64,000 nucleotides of DNA from Hypanus sabinus (GCF_030144855.1 NC_082706.1:106454001-106518000), one strand, 5' to 3'; numbered from the stretch's first letter, positions 9,380 to 22,365 are shown. The notes: generated by a model not told the origin, from the letters alone. Program-made: numbers and translations.

Positions 9380-12300
9380 GGAGTATCGAAAGACGGGAAA
9401 GCGGCGCCAGACTTGAAGGTCAGCCATCATTCCGGACCCCAGTCAGCGGCGGGAGCAGAACGTAGTTTCCAGGTTTCTGGCAGGTCGGCGACACTTGTTT
9501 AAAAGCAGCGCTTCGCGAGCGTTCGGAACCGCGGAGGCCCGATCAGCGGCGGGAACAGAGCGCAGCGAATTAAAAAAATGTATAGAAGGGACAAGCAGCC
9601 GGCCATTGTTGGGAGTGGGCTAGTGGTGAGATTAAGAGTGTCAGGCTTTGGGTCAAAGGAGACTTCGGCTGGAGAGGCGTTGGCTGTGGGTAAGCTTCTG
9701 GTAAGGTTCCATTTTCCCTCTCTCTTAGTGTAGTAAATGGCCGTTGTGTGTCTTCTTCATGCTGGATGTTGGAATCCTGGGAGACCCAAGGTCTCCCAGG
9801 GACCTACAGCTGCGTGAAGTGCAACCAGCTACAACTCCTTGAAGACCGTGTTAGGGATCTGAAACAGCAGCGGAATGACCCTTGGCTTACAAGGGAAAGT
9901 GAGGAGAAAATCGATCAGAGTTGTAGGGAAGTAGTCACTCCGATGTTGGAGGAGGCAAGTAGCTGAATGATTGTCAGGAGAAATGAAATTGTGAATAGCC
10001 TGTTAGCGCAGAGCATCGCTGTGGCCATTCCCCTCCAAAATAAGTATACAATTTTGGATACTATCGTGGGGGATGACCTCCCAGGGGAATGCCACGGAGC
10101 CCAACTTACTGACACTGAGCATGGGGCCGTGGTGCGGAAGATAAAGAAGGAGAAGAGGGGAGAGGTATTGATAGAGTACTCAACAGTCAGAAGAACAAAC
10201 AGGAGATACTGTGGACACGAACGGAACAACCGGATAGTATGTTGCCTCCAAGGTGCCAGGGTCAGGGTCATCTCGTGTCCTCAGCACTTTAGAGTGGGAG
10301 AGAGAGCAACCAGATGTCTTGGCACATATTGAGTCCACGGACAGAGGAAGGAAAAGCAATGCGGTCCTGAAGAGAGCTAGGCAGAAAGCTGAGAAGCAGG
10401 ACATCCAGGGTAGTAATTTCCGGATGGCTACCTGTGCCACTTGCTAGTGAGGGTAGAAACGGGATAATCTGGCAGATAAATATGTGGCTGAGAAGCTGCT
10501 AAAGGGGCAAGGGTTCAGGTTCTTGGATCATTGTGATCTCTACTGGGTGAGGTATGACCTGTACAAAAGGGGTGTGTTGCACCTGAACCCGAGGAGGACC
10601 AATATTCTCGCGAGCAGGTATGTTAGAGCTGGTGGGGAGGGTTTAAGCTAATTTAGCAGGGGGTGGGAACCGGGATGAAGGGACTCAGGAAGGAGAAAGT
10701 AATGTCGGAAGTAGCAGTATTTCAGTAGAGTAAGGGAAATTTCAGTGATACGAGAGAGGAGTTGGCCAAAGCAGATTGAAAGGAGCTGTTAGCAGGGATG
10801 ACAGCAGAGCAGCAATGGCATGAGTTTCTGGGGGAAATGAGGAAGGTGCAGTATAGATGTATTCAAAAAACGAAGAAATACTCAAATGGCAGAATTGTAC
10901 AACCGTGGCAAAATTAACGGGAAGATAGAAGATTAGGAAGCTTTTAAAAACCTAGAGACAGAGAAACTAGCAAACACTATCAAAATGGCAAGTAACAGCT
11001 TTTCCCAGTATATAAAAAAATAAAAGAGAGATGAGAGTGGGTATAGGACCGCTAGAAAATGTGGCCGGAGATATAATAACGGTGGACAAGGAGATGGTAG
11101 ATGAACCAGATGAGTATTTTGTATCTGTCATCATTTTGGAAGACCCTAGCAGTGTGCCAGATATTGTAACGTGTGAAGGAAGAAATGTGAGTGTAGTTGC
11201 TATTTCAAGGGAGAAGCTGGTCAAAAAGCTGCAAGACCAAAGGGTACGTAAGTTACCCGGACCAGATGAACTGCACCCTTGGATTTTGAAAGAGGTAGCG
11301 CTAGAGATTGTGGAAGCATTAGCAGTGATCTTTCAAAACTCATTGGACTTTGGTACGGTGCTAGGGGACCGGAAAACTGCAAATGTCACTCCAATCCTTA
11401 AGACAGGAGGAAAGCAGCAGAAAGGAAATTATAGACATGTTAGCCTGACCTCAGTGGTTGGGAAGACTTGGAGTCAATTGTTAAGGATGAGATTGTGGTT
11501 TACTTGCTGGCACAAGAAAAGATAGAACAAAGTCAGCTTGGTTGCCTTAAGGTAAAATCTTGCCTGATGAACCTGTTGGAATTCTCTGAGGAGATTACAA
11601 GTAGGGTAGATAAAGAGGATGCATTGGATGCTGTATATTTGGACTTTCAAAAGTCCTTTGACAAGGTTCCATACATGAGACTGCTTACTAAACTGAGAGC
11701 TCATGGCATTACAGGAAAGTTGTTAACATGGTTAGAGCGTTGGCTGATTGGTAGGGTACAGCGAGTGGGAATAAAAGAATTCTTGCCTGGTTGTATGCCA
11801 GGAACCAGTGGTGTTCCGCAGGGGCCAGTGGTGGGGCCACTTCTTTATATGCTGTTTATCGATGATTTAGATGATGGAATTGTGGCCAAGTTTGCAGATG
11901 ATTCGAAGATTGGTGGAGGGACAGGTAGTATTGAGGCAACAGGTAGCCTGCAGGACTTAGATAAACCAGAAAATGGGCAGGAATGTGACAAATAAAATAC
12001 AATGTTGGAAAATGCATGCTCATGCACTTTGGCGGTAGAAATAAATGTGCAGGCTATTTTCTAAACGGGAAGTGTTACAGTGATGTTTGGGTTAAGATCA
12101 TTTAGATTTAGCAAATGGCTTTGGCTACCAGTCTTCTGTCCCTGGATAATGTATTGCGGATTTAATCTGGAACAATGGATTCCTAAACGCTGTGAATCCT
12201 AGTCCAGACGATGCTGGCGTCTGTGGAATGGATGCGAAGGAGAAGGTGTGAAGTTTCTATGTAGTTTCAAAAGAAAGCATTGCATATACTTTGTAAATAT

Positions 12301-13125
12301 GCAATTGTCCTTTGTGTTTAGCACTAAATATTGGGCCTCACGTTGGGCCAGCAGATCTTTCCACCGAAAGTGCTCCGTAGGATGCCTACTGTATCTCGTT
12401 TTGTCGAATAAAGAAACTGCTTTCTATCTACCAGTAACTCTCTCAGGCGAAAATCCATAAATCTGAAATACAGTGGGACTTGGGAGTCTTTGTGCAGTAC
12501 ACCCTAAAGGTTAACTTGCAGGTAGAGGCGGTGGTGAGGAAGGCAAAATGCAATGTCAGCATTCATTTCAAGAGCTCTAGAATTTAAGAGCAGGCCTCAC
12601 CTTGAGTGCTGAGAACAGTTTTGGTCTCCTCATTGCTGGCATTGGAGACGGTCCAGACGCGTTTCACAAGGAAGAATCCGGGAATGAAAGGGTTATCATA
12701 CGAGCAACGTTTGATGGCACTGGAATTGGTTGATCGCCTTAAGTTAGAAGGTTGAGGATTTGAAGGTTTCTCATTGAAACCTTTCGAATTTTGAATGGCC
12801 GAGACAAAGTGCATGTGGAAAGGATGTTTCTCATGGTGGGGGAGTCTAGGACAAGAGGGTACAGCCTCGGATGCGGAGACATTTCTTCAGCCAGAGGGTG
12901 GTAAATTTGTGGAATTTATCACCGCAGGTGGCTGTGGAGACCACGTCGTTGGGTATAGCTAAGGCAGAGATTGATAGGTTCTTGATTGGACACGGCATCG
13001 AAGGGTACGGGGACAAGGCCGGGTATGGGGTTGAGGAGGGGTAAAAGTGAACAGCCATGATTGAATGGGAGACAAGATCCGATGGGACAAATAGCCTAAT
13101 CCTGCTTCTATGTCTTATGTTCCTA
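9380..13125 (+). mobile_element. Decayed CR1-clade LINE (ORF1 zinc-finger/esterase, ORF2 RT; APE part largely deleted)
   Basis: ORF1 CSSCWMLE..CVKCNQLQLLEDRVRDL; RT SCLMNLLEFSEEIT..AVYLDFQKSFDKVP..GVPQGPVVGPLL..KFADDSK; 3' tail CTATGTCTTATGTTCCTATG. The 5' limit is approximate. Confidence 0.88.
12073..12445 (+). mobile_element. Probable solo LTR inserted into the CR1 RT region
   Basis: 373-bp insert starting TGTTAC and ending CTCTCA, with AATAAA near the 3' end. The CR1 sequence resumes right after it. TSD not clean. Confidence 0.55.
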
Positions 13126-13440
13126 TGATCTTTATGAACCAGGAGCACGACGAAGGACAGACTTATCTATTCCCATTTCCCCGTCTTTTATATTCTCATC
13201 TCTGTGGCCTGCTGCTTGAGCCGCCAGGATCTAAAGCAAGATCGCTGTAACAACACAGCGGGTCAAGCATCAGTACCCTTCGCTCTGGAGATTTCAGAGC
13301 TTTGAATAATCGCCACTAGTGAAAATGAGTGACGGGATAAAACAAGAGAAATGTCGTTGACCAAACGAGGTCAGGAAGACAAGAGAGACAGAGGTTGCGT
13401 AACTTTTAGTTTGAACCATATGTATTTCAAATTTCTACAT

Positions 13441-13632
13441 CCGCAGACTGGCGGCAGAAACCACAGCTGTTCGCCCCCTCTCCTGAGATAATGACCAGCG
13501 AATGAAAGTGTAAATGAAGGTGACGGTGAAGGACACACTGCGCAGCCGCTCAAACAACCGGCCTGTATCCGGGCACTCGCTATTTAATTCTAACGGGGCC
13601 ACGACAGGACCAGTCCCCTAGGAAACTGCATC
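13441..13632 (+). promoter_or_regulatory. Putative Vc promoter (RUNX/E-box composite, GATA, TATA-like)
   Basis: AACCACA 13459-13465 overlaps CAGCTG 13464-13469; GAGATAA nearby; TATTTAA at 13581-13587, ~50 nt before the ATG. Motif-level evidence only. Confidence 0.35.
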
Positions 13633-14036
13633 ATGTCACTCTGTTCACTGCTTACCACCCTGGCGCTTTCCCTCGCAAGTATGTCCACCACCGCTCCAGC
13701 TTTTTCCTTCAAAACAGCGTGGCTTCAGTGTCTTTTATTTGCAGCTGGATGTCTGGCCGAGGAATTGAAGATGCCTCAGATTTCTATCACGAAGCCAGAG
13801 ACAACGACGGTGAAGATACTGTGCGAGGCAGGGGCACTCGATGACATCTACTGGTACCAGCAACTCGCCAACCAGGCACCCAGAAGGATCCTGCGCTTTA
13901 GCAAAGGGCGAATGGAGCGGGATCCGGGAGTGTCCGCCAAGTTCTCAGCCGAGGGCAGTGACTCTTTCTTCTCTCTTGTGATTGACAACATTGCCCTGAC
14001 AGATGCCGCTATCTATTACTGTGCCCGCTGGGTCGG
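13633..14036 (+). CDS. TRGV: TCR gamma-type V segment 'Vc': leader exon 13633-13678, intron 13679-13744, V exon 13745-14036
   Basis: Leader MSLCSLLTTLALSLA(T)GCLA; V exon EELKMPQISITKPETTTVKILCEAGALDDIYWYQQ..DAAIYYCARWVG; intact frame. Confidence 0.9.
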
Positions 14037-14075
14037 CACAGTGTGAAACGTCGACAGAAAGGCGATACAAAAACC
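14037..14075 (+). other. Consensus 23-RSS of Vc: CACAGTG + 23 nt + ACAAAAACC
   Basis: Perfect heptamer 14037-14043 and nonamer 14067-14075. Confidence 0.97.
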
Positions 14076-15052
14076 CTCCGTCTCTCCTGCAGCTCGACTG
14101 CTCCGCCGGGGATAGGAAACTTCATGTCATTGACCGGAGATGTAGGCAGCGTTCCCACCAAACAAAAGGAATGTTATTCTGTTCAGGGATCCAGTGCTGA
14201 AGCGGGAAGCGGCACGTGGTTCAGAATACACAGGTGCGGTAAGTCTTCAGAACAACTGACGGAAGATAGTTGTTTATTACAAGCTCAATTTACTACAACG
14301 TTAGCGAAGTTAGACCCTGCGTACGGAGCCACACCTGCAATATCGTGTCCAGCATTGGTCAAGTTATTTCTGGATGTCAATTATATAGAAGCTTTTCCGA
14401 GAGGGTAACTTGGAATGAAGGGAAAAAGCGACGGGCAGGTTAGACTCACATCCACTGGAGTTTTGAATAGTAAAAGCGATCTTAATTAAAACGTACTGTT
14501 CGCTGATGAATCTTGACAGTGAGACGTGTAGAGGATGTTTCTATTCGCGCGATAGCCTAGAATGGGAGTCAGTGTTGACTGGCTGTCCATTACCGAGAGA
14601 AATGAAGAGAGGGTTTCTCTCGAAAGTCTGTGACTCCTGGGAGCTCGTGGGTAAGCAGGGTCTTTGAATAATTTGAAGGCAGAGGAGGATTAATTATGGA
14701 TAAGCGAGAGCGTCAAAGTTTACTGCGAGTAGTCGGAATGAAGAAATGAGTGTGGATCTCTCCGAGGCATAACGGAAGGCTGCAGCGACGGGTGACTTCA
14801 GGCAGAGACGCTAAGTGTGTGTAGACGGTTCATCTCGGAATCACACTCGACTTCACAGCGACTGGGTTGGGCTTCTGGTCCACGTGGTGGGGTGAGATCC
14901 GGATTGAAATTCAGCGCCGAGTCTGGAATAGTAAAGGACAGGTATGAAGTCGCAGCGCCAAACGGAAGCAGCGGTTTGCGGCATCGAAAACGAATGAAGC
15001 GGTCGGCGGGATCTCAGTCACCTGGATCAACGGGACCCTGTATCTCCCCAAC

Positions 15053-15493
15053 ATGAAGGTATTGCTGACCGTCATTTTATTGACCCCCTTTCTCGGTCAG
15101 TGTTTCTGCATTTTAATCCCTGTTTTCCTTCGCCCTTCGTCACCACACTGTGGAATAATTCAATCACATTGTATTATTTTCTCCCACAGGTAAAGTGGCG
15201 CTTCAGATATTGACACAGGCTCAATTATCGATCACCACGGTTCCGACAAACTTGTGCAATTTTACTGTGATGTTCAACAAATATACTTTGCGAAAGCTGT
15301 TATACATTGGTACCGGCGAAGCCGGATGAAGGCCTGCAGCGGCTATTGTATTTTAAGAGTTCACCCGACACTCATAAGGATGTACCTGACGAACGATTAA
15401 TTGCGAGCAAAGTACCTGAGACTCAATCGTGCACTCTACTCTTGTCGAACATAATCGAGGATGATGGGCACCTACTACTGCGCTTACTGGCTA
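15053..15493 (+). pseudogene. TRGV: TCR gamma-type V segment 'Vd', frameshifted (leader exon 15053-15095, intron 15096-15189)
   Basis: Leader MKVLLTVILLTPFLG. Restoring three small deletions gives QILTQAQLSITTVPDKLVQFYCDVQ..IHWYRRKPDEGLQRLLYF..EDD(A)GTYYCAYWL. Confidence 0.8.
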
Positions 15494-15532
15494 CACAGTG
15501 GCCAAGTGCGAAGGGAAGCCAGTACATAAATC
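15494..15532 (+). other. 23-RSS of Vd: CACAGTG + 23 nt + ACATAAATC
   Basis: Heptamer 15494-15500, nonamer 15524-15532. Confidence 0.9.
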
Positions 15533-15934
15533 CAACGGGTACCTTGTGCATAACGTGTTATTGATTCCAGACCAAGTAACAAGTGTTGTGCCTCACGATC
15601 TCCGCGACCATCTGACTTTAATGAATGCTATTCGTTGTTTTTAACCACGGTGCAATTTGCATATTATTTTGTAGCTTGGTTGAATAAAGCTGTTTCGATA
15701 AATTTGCGATGGAGAATTAACGTGGATCCAAGTTTCATGAATGATTACGAGCCAAGAGCCTAAAAACCTTACTTGCTGCACGTTCTCATAACCAGAACCA
15801 TTATCGAAGAGACTTAAATGATGTTATTTGTGGGTGTGTTCCATGGAATGAACAAGGCTAAATCTGCTGTTAGAGGTAATTTTATTTTTTATGTATAGAA
15901 TATTACGTAGTAACACAAAACTCGAAATAGAATA

Positions 15935-16449
15935 CTGTGCAAAAGTCTCAGGCGCATATGTATGTAGCTAGGATACATAAGACTTTAACACAATAGTGTA
16001 GTAATTTTATGTACTGCTCTGTACTGCTGCCGTAAAAAAAACAATTTCATGCTGTATGTGAATGATGATGAACTTAATTCTGAGATGGGTCTCTATTGTG
16101 GACTGAGAGTGGGAAGTGGGTAGGGAGAGGGGAATTGTGGTTGAGAAAAGGGGAAGGGAGAAGAAGGGGAGGGAGCAGAGAGCTGTAATGATTAATGAAT
16201 CGATTGTTTGCAATCAAATGAGCTTGCCTAGTGTCTCAAGACTGGGTGTGTCTGCACCCGCGCCTCCCTCCGTCCCGGCACTCCTTCTCTGCCACCTGCC
16301 CCACGCCCCTCCCACGGCGCTCCGTCCTCGCCTTTCCCAGTATCTTTGCTTCTGCCAGATTTACAAACTGACTCTCCGTTCCTCGTTGACAAATACATTA
16401 GTGTGCAAAAGTCTAAGGCACCCTATACATGCCTAAAATTTTTGCACAG
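15935..16449. mobile_element. Non-autonomous Tc1/mariner-type element (IR/DR-like ends)
   Basis: TA|CTGTGCAAAAGTCT ... TTTTTGCACAG|TA terminal inverted repeats with TA duplication; inner repeat GTGTGCAAAAGTCT at ~16401. Confidence 0.8.
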
Positions 16450-16662
16450 TACTATACATTAGGTACACGGGCCTCGAATCTGCAATACAGCCCTCTAATC
16501 TGCAAGACACCATTTCAATGGCATTCACTGGGTCCTACTACAACGCAATTTGGTATCCTTGTGGCTCTTTCACCCTGGATCCCGTGTACTTTACCTTGCA
16601 AACCAGACTGCCATACGGATTCTTCTACAAGGTCTTGCTAAAGTCCATGTAGAGAAGACCCT

Positions 16663-17081
16663 TGTCACAACCACGGGTTCGCCTGCGCAGCAGATTCAGC
16701 AATTGCGCTAGTGAATATGCACGTGTCAGCCAATTATTTCATTGTAATAATATTTAACTCAATTCGTTCCGCCGTAGTTTTGTCGAGACTTGAATCCAGG
16801 ACACAGCAACACTTCGCTTTCTGCATTCCGCCTTGCCTGAGAAATTGGACTGTTGAGTCGACTGAATCTGAAGACTAGCGGTATTCGTTTAATTCTTAAT
16901 TGCTTTTTTCAGCCGCAGTGTAGGCTTCGTTTTCTTTTTGAGAGATTTAGTTAACGGCCCCGTTTGGCTAGTGTTTATTGTTTTTTCCCCTTTAACACTA
17001 TTCGCATTGAAGTCTGTGATCTATCGATCCTGCTTCAGTGTCTCTCACTCCGCACTTGGGCCATGTCCGAACCTGGTGACA
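16663..17081 (+). mobile_element. Solo LTR (Gypsy-like) inside a minus-strand CR1 fragment
   Basis: TGTCA...TGACA ends; perfect 5-bp TSD ACCCT (16658-16662 and 17082-17086). The start TGTCACAACCACGG resembles the LTRs at 32797/37367. Confidence 0.88.
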
Positions 17082-20000
17082 ACCCTACCCTCATTAATAC
17101 TCTTAGTCACTTCTTCAACAATGCCAATCAAGTCCTAGGTACGTGGCATTCCCATGAACTGACTATTCTGACTATTCCCAATCAGTCTTGCCTTTCCAAA
17201 TCCTCCGAAATCTCGACCCTCGGAAAACCTTCCAGCAACTAGAGCATACTTTCCTGGCTTGTCCTTCCCTGCCTATGCTTCATCTACTTAAATATCTATC
17301 GCAATGTCTGTCAACGATAGTGATTGTGCTGGAACCCATAAACTACTTTGGTAGCATGTTCCAGAAGTCATTCACCCATTTGTAATGATCTTCTGACATC
17401 CCCTGCAAAGCACACTCCTTACTTTAAATCTATACTCCCTTGTTTTCGGAATGCCTACCACAGGCCGACGTTTTTGAATATCTACTACACCTATCCCTCT
17501 GATAATTCATTATACCAATAATAGGTGGCCACATTAATATTAAATCCAGGGGAAACAAGCATAGCATATAGCTAATGTCCCCCAAATCATCAAACTAGGA
17601 TTTTAACTCTGAGCGTTGGTTTTGACCCAAGCCACCATTCAAATATTCAAGCAATTCCCTGACACCAAGCTCTTCATTTTCCTCAGAATAATATGACAGC
17701 TCAACGCAAACAGGATTCGTGCCAGCGTGGAATTAGTCCGCAGCTGAACTGGAAACTTCATCATTTCTATTCAAGAAACAATTAATTTCATATTCTCACA
17801 TTTGTGTCCATATTCAGATATCTAACTCCAAATTACCGTTTTCTCGTACACTGGTGTGTTAAATTCAGAATTTGTATTGAACTGCCAGATTAAAGAAAAA
17901 ATCCAGCAACTAGGTTTAACAATATCTTCCTTTAATCTCTTAATTATTTGTCATAAAACTCTTTCCCTGTACTTCCATGGTAAGGATTTATGCTTATTGG
18001 TTGTTCTCTATCAAACCAGGACAATTGTCGAAGAGATTCAAAGTGCATTGTTTTGTGGCATTGTTCCGTTATTAAAGTTTATTTCATATTTCTTTATACA
18101 GAAATATTATATAGTAAGACAGAAAAATCTCAACATTGATTAAGTAAGCAATATCAGTCATCTTGTGGAAAGCCACCATTGGTGGCTCCTTCATTGATCA
18201 TAAAAAGGCAACCTGGAAGACCTCTAAACAACTGCTTCACCAGCCCACGAAGCAAGTCATCACCGATGATCAGGAAATCACCACAATGAAATCTTCTTTT
18301 CTTCAGAGCCATTTCATTTTTTTCCATTTCACTTTCAAATTCACCATATACTTTATAGTAACTTACATCCGATTCTGAAAGTTTTCTGGTATTATTTTAT
18401 GCATTTTACATTTACTTTTTGTGCGATTAGCATCCTTTAAGGAGACGAATTACGATAATGAAAATTGTGCAACTGGTGTGAACATTTCAAAACTTTGAAA
18501 TGTTTTTTTATCCTAATAAAAAATAACACCTGGACTGATAGCCTACTATTTCTGGATAATAAACTGACTAGTGGGAAAATATTTTAAATCAATGCAATTA
18601 ATTTATGATATGAGAATAATAATTGATATGATAGAGGTTAACTATAAAGAACATTCCATCAAAAATAAAACAATATAGCAAATAACAAACAGAAATTATT
18701 CATGCCACATATATTCTATACGTGGAGTGTGACAAATTAGAAAGATGAAGACTTTTGAATATGTCCACTGCGTTGTAGACTAATGACTTACGGTGAGCAG
18801 TTCCTGCAGTATGTAAAGACAAACATGCAGAGGGTAAATGATACTACGTAGACAATTAGAAATGCAGTTGTGCAATTGCTACCAGTGTTATTTAGACTGA
18901 AATAATGTGCAAATTTCTGCAGATCACTGAAGCTAAAATGTGATTATCAGGATGCAGGTTAGCTGCAGTCGTAGAAAAGTTGCAGTTCATAACTCCTTGG
19001 CTTCCCTTTTGTTTTTATTTTTGTTGGTTTACCTGAAGTTGACGGGAATTTGATTAGGTTCAGATATACTGGCTTAGGGTCATAATTTCAGTCATTATGC
19101 CCTGTGTATCGTTTCTTCATGGAGTAATACATTTCCAGTGTAGCTGATTACATCTTCACAGCGCTAATGAACACGCACAAGAAAATTTACCAGAATTTGA
19201 AAATAGAATTGGGAATTTTGTTATGTTGGCTCAGTCTGCAAAGTCCATATCCCTTAGGTGAATGAAAAAAATCTGTGACTGATTTCGCTCAATAAAGTCA
19301 CTGTCTCTCATTATTTGAAACGTTTAATCTTTTTCACAACTACTTATATTTATAAAGCACTTACAAAAGCACCAATGAATGCAGTAGCATTGCCAAACAG
19401 AAAAATGGGGAAATATGGGAAGAAAGATAATTGGCAAAGCAGGGAGGTTCAGGGTAACATTCCGGAGTTTGGGAATCCACTAGTTGAAGGCTACAAGTTC
19501 TTCAGTAATTAATTTCAAAGATGGACAAGAGCAAGAAGTATAGGAACTAGTTACAGTATACTAAAAGACTGCCAAGAAGAGGCAATGGAGAGATTTGAAC
19601 GTTAGATTGAAATTTTTAAACAAGACGCTGTTCATTTTTTTTCTCAGTAGAAGGTGACAGCGAAGGATCAATATGTCGGTGAACTCGGTAGATACTTCAT
19701 TCTAACCTGTGCACTTGGGTTTTCTGCATCTGCCAGAGGAATAGTTTCCTACTGGCTATCCTGTCTTTGCCGCTCTTAGTTCTGTTTACCTCGGTTTCCT
19801 CGGAACCCTGACGCTCCAGTGTCTTCTCATCACCGAAACTCGCCACCACAGGCAACATCGTGATGAATGCCCTCTGCACCCGCCCTCGTGCATCCTTCAC
19901 ATAGTTAGTAACCAGAACAGAACACAACACTCCGTCTTTGGCCCTTTAAATGTAAAACTGTGTCATAGACTCGCTGTTCTTGTATTCTGAGCCCTGGCTA

Positions 20001-21195
20001 ATGAGCGCAGGTATCTCGCATGCCATCGTCTCCGCCCTGTCTGCCGGTGATTCTACCTTTAGGGATCCTTAGACTTTTCCTGGGGCCTGACCGTGCAATA
20101 TGTATGATGTGGCCTTATTAGTCCTCCCATAAATGCTTCGAATCATATTTATTAAAATTAAATTTCATATGTCAATGTTCTGCCCCTCCTCCCAACTGAT
20201 CGCTATCGTCCTGTACCTGAGATTCCTTTGTGCCAACCCAGGGTACTTCCTTTCTTTGAGAGTAAGTTGATATATCTGGGAAATCTAACACGCGGAAAAA
20301 TGAATCAAACCATCCCGTCTACATAGAGAGCGCCGGAAGGACGAATTCTGCCCCATAAATACGATGGATCCTCGACATCAATTAATGATTAAAATAGGCT
20401 TTGATGGACATATCCCAACCAAAGTCATTAAAGGATGTATAATTGCGCCTAAAAGCGGTTAGGCTTGGTATTCTGGATATTTTTGCCTGCATATGGTTGT
20501 TTTAAAATATAATTCGTTTTAAAGTGTTCGCTATTTAAAAATGGAAAAATACTGAGTGTTTTCCAGCGGATTGCGTTCATGGAAGACTGAAGAACTACCG
20601 TAACAAGACAACAATCAAGAGACAGTAGGTGCTGGCACCTGGAGCAATAAAAAGCAGCATGTTGAAGCCACGTGGTCAGGTAGCATCAGTAGGGAAGAAG
20701 TACTAAGACCTTTCAACATCAGGATCCTACGATTGGAAACGCAATTTCCGCCCCTCCCCCCATTTGATTCTCGTTTCCACGTGCGGCGAGCGGGTGAAGC
20801 GGCGGGAGCGGCGCGGGATTGGAGTGGGCAGGGTGGTTGGTATCTAACATTCCCCGTCACATTACAAGAACCAAGTTCGGAAGTGAACGGCATTCTGCAC
20901 GTTTCAATAATCAGTAACTGCAACAGACAGCAACCACCGTTGAGCGCAGGGCTAAACAAATTAGAGTGTTTATCTTAAACGTGGCGATTCGTTTTCAGTA
21001 ACTACGCAAAAAATACAATTGTCTAGCACAGTGAGACTTCAGGGGGAGTTTCGGAGTAGAGTGTCATTAAAACCATGTGGCTGGAAGCCGGAGGAAATCG
21101 AACCGCTGTTTCCGTTGCCGTTGTACTGATTCGTAGTAAAATGGATTCTTCTGCTCTTAGAGATTAAAAAAAAAGAAACGGTTAAAAACGAAGAG

Positions 21196-22365
21196 AGAAT
21201 CTGCAGATGCTGGAAATCCAAGCCACACATACACGCACGCACAATGTTGGAGGAACTCAGCAGGCCAGTAAGCATCTGTGGAAAAGAGTACAGTCGATTT
21301 TTCGGGCTGAATTCCTTCGGCAGGACTGGAAAAACACAGAGAAACATAGAAAACCTGCAGCACAATACAGTCTCTTCGGCCCACAATGCTGTGCCGAACA
21401 TGCACTTACTTTAGAAATTACCTAGGGCTACCCATAGCCCTCTATTTTTCTAAGCTCCATGTACCTTTCCAGGAATCTCTTAAAAGACCCTATTGCATCC
21501 CTAAGATGTGGAGTATATTTAAAAGTGGGGGTGGGGAGAGAAAAACACAAGGTGATAGGTGGAACCGGGAGGAGGAGGAAGGATGAAGTAAATAGCTCCG
21601 CTCCCCCCAGTTTCTGCTTTCCACAGGGATCGCTCCATACGCGACTCCCTTGTCCATTCGTCCTTCCCCACTGATCTCCCTGCTGGCACTAATCATTGCA
21701 AGCGAACCAAGTGCTACAGCTGCTGCTACACCTCTTCCTTCACTACCATTCCGGGTACCAAACAATCCTTCCAGGTGAGGCGACAATTCTCCTGTGAGTC
21801 TGTTGGGGTCATATACTGTGCCCCGCACTCCCGGTGTGGCCTCATGTCTATCGGTGAGACCCCACGTATACAGCGAGACTGTTTCACGGAGCACCTACAC
21901 CCCGTCTACCAGAAGAATCTCCCAGCTGCCACCTATTTTAATTCCACTTCCCATTCCCATTCCGGTAGTCAATCCATGTCCTGATTGTATCGAATTTCTC
22001 TAACTTCCGGTAATGCACCCCCCCCCCCCACGACCCAGTCCCCATCTCCTTTTCCTCCTGTCAGCTTATGTCCTTGCCTGCCCATTACCTCCCAATTTTC
22101 TTTCTTCCATGGTCTTCTATCCCCACCTATCAGACTCCCCCTTCTCCAACCCTGTATCTTTCCAGCTAATTAATTCATCCCTCCACCTTCCGGTTTTACC
22201 TATCACCTTGTGTTGCTCTCTTCCCTCCTCCACCTTTTAAATTTACTCCTCATCTTTTATTCCCCACTCCTGCAGAAAGGTCTCGGCCCAAAACGTCGAC
22301 TATACTCTTTTCAGTCGATGCTGCCTGGCCTGTTGAGTCCTTCCAGCATTGTGTGTGCGTGTTGC
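21196..22365 (+). mobile_element. Penelope-like element remnant with GIY-YIG endonuclease fragment and inverted terminal repeats; CR1 3' tail inserted at ~21340-21500
   Basis: CESVGVIYC..SRCGLMSIGET..FTEHL..ATYFNSTSHSHS at ~21775-21984; 21240-21330 is the reverse complement of ~22270-22365. Confidence 0.8.

Noticed and set aside
17500-17720. Minus-strand VATYYWY and protein-like stretch (LSYYSEENEELGVRELLEYL) as a possible inverted V or other pseudogene
   Set aside because: No Cys/Trp framework, no RSS, multiple stops; I cannot assign it without a translated search.
21027-21075. CACAGTG heptamer with an ATTAAAACC-like motif downstream
   Set aside because: The spacing fits neither 12 nor 23 nt and no V-like frame precedes it.
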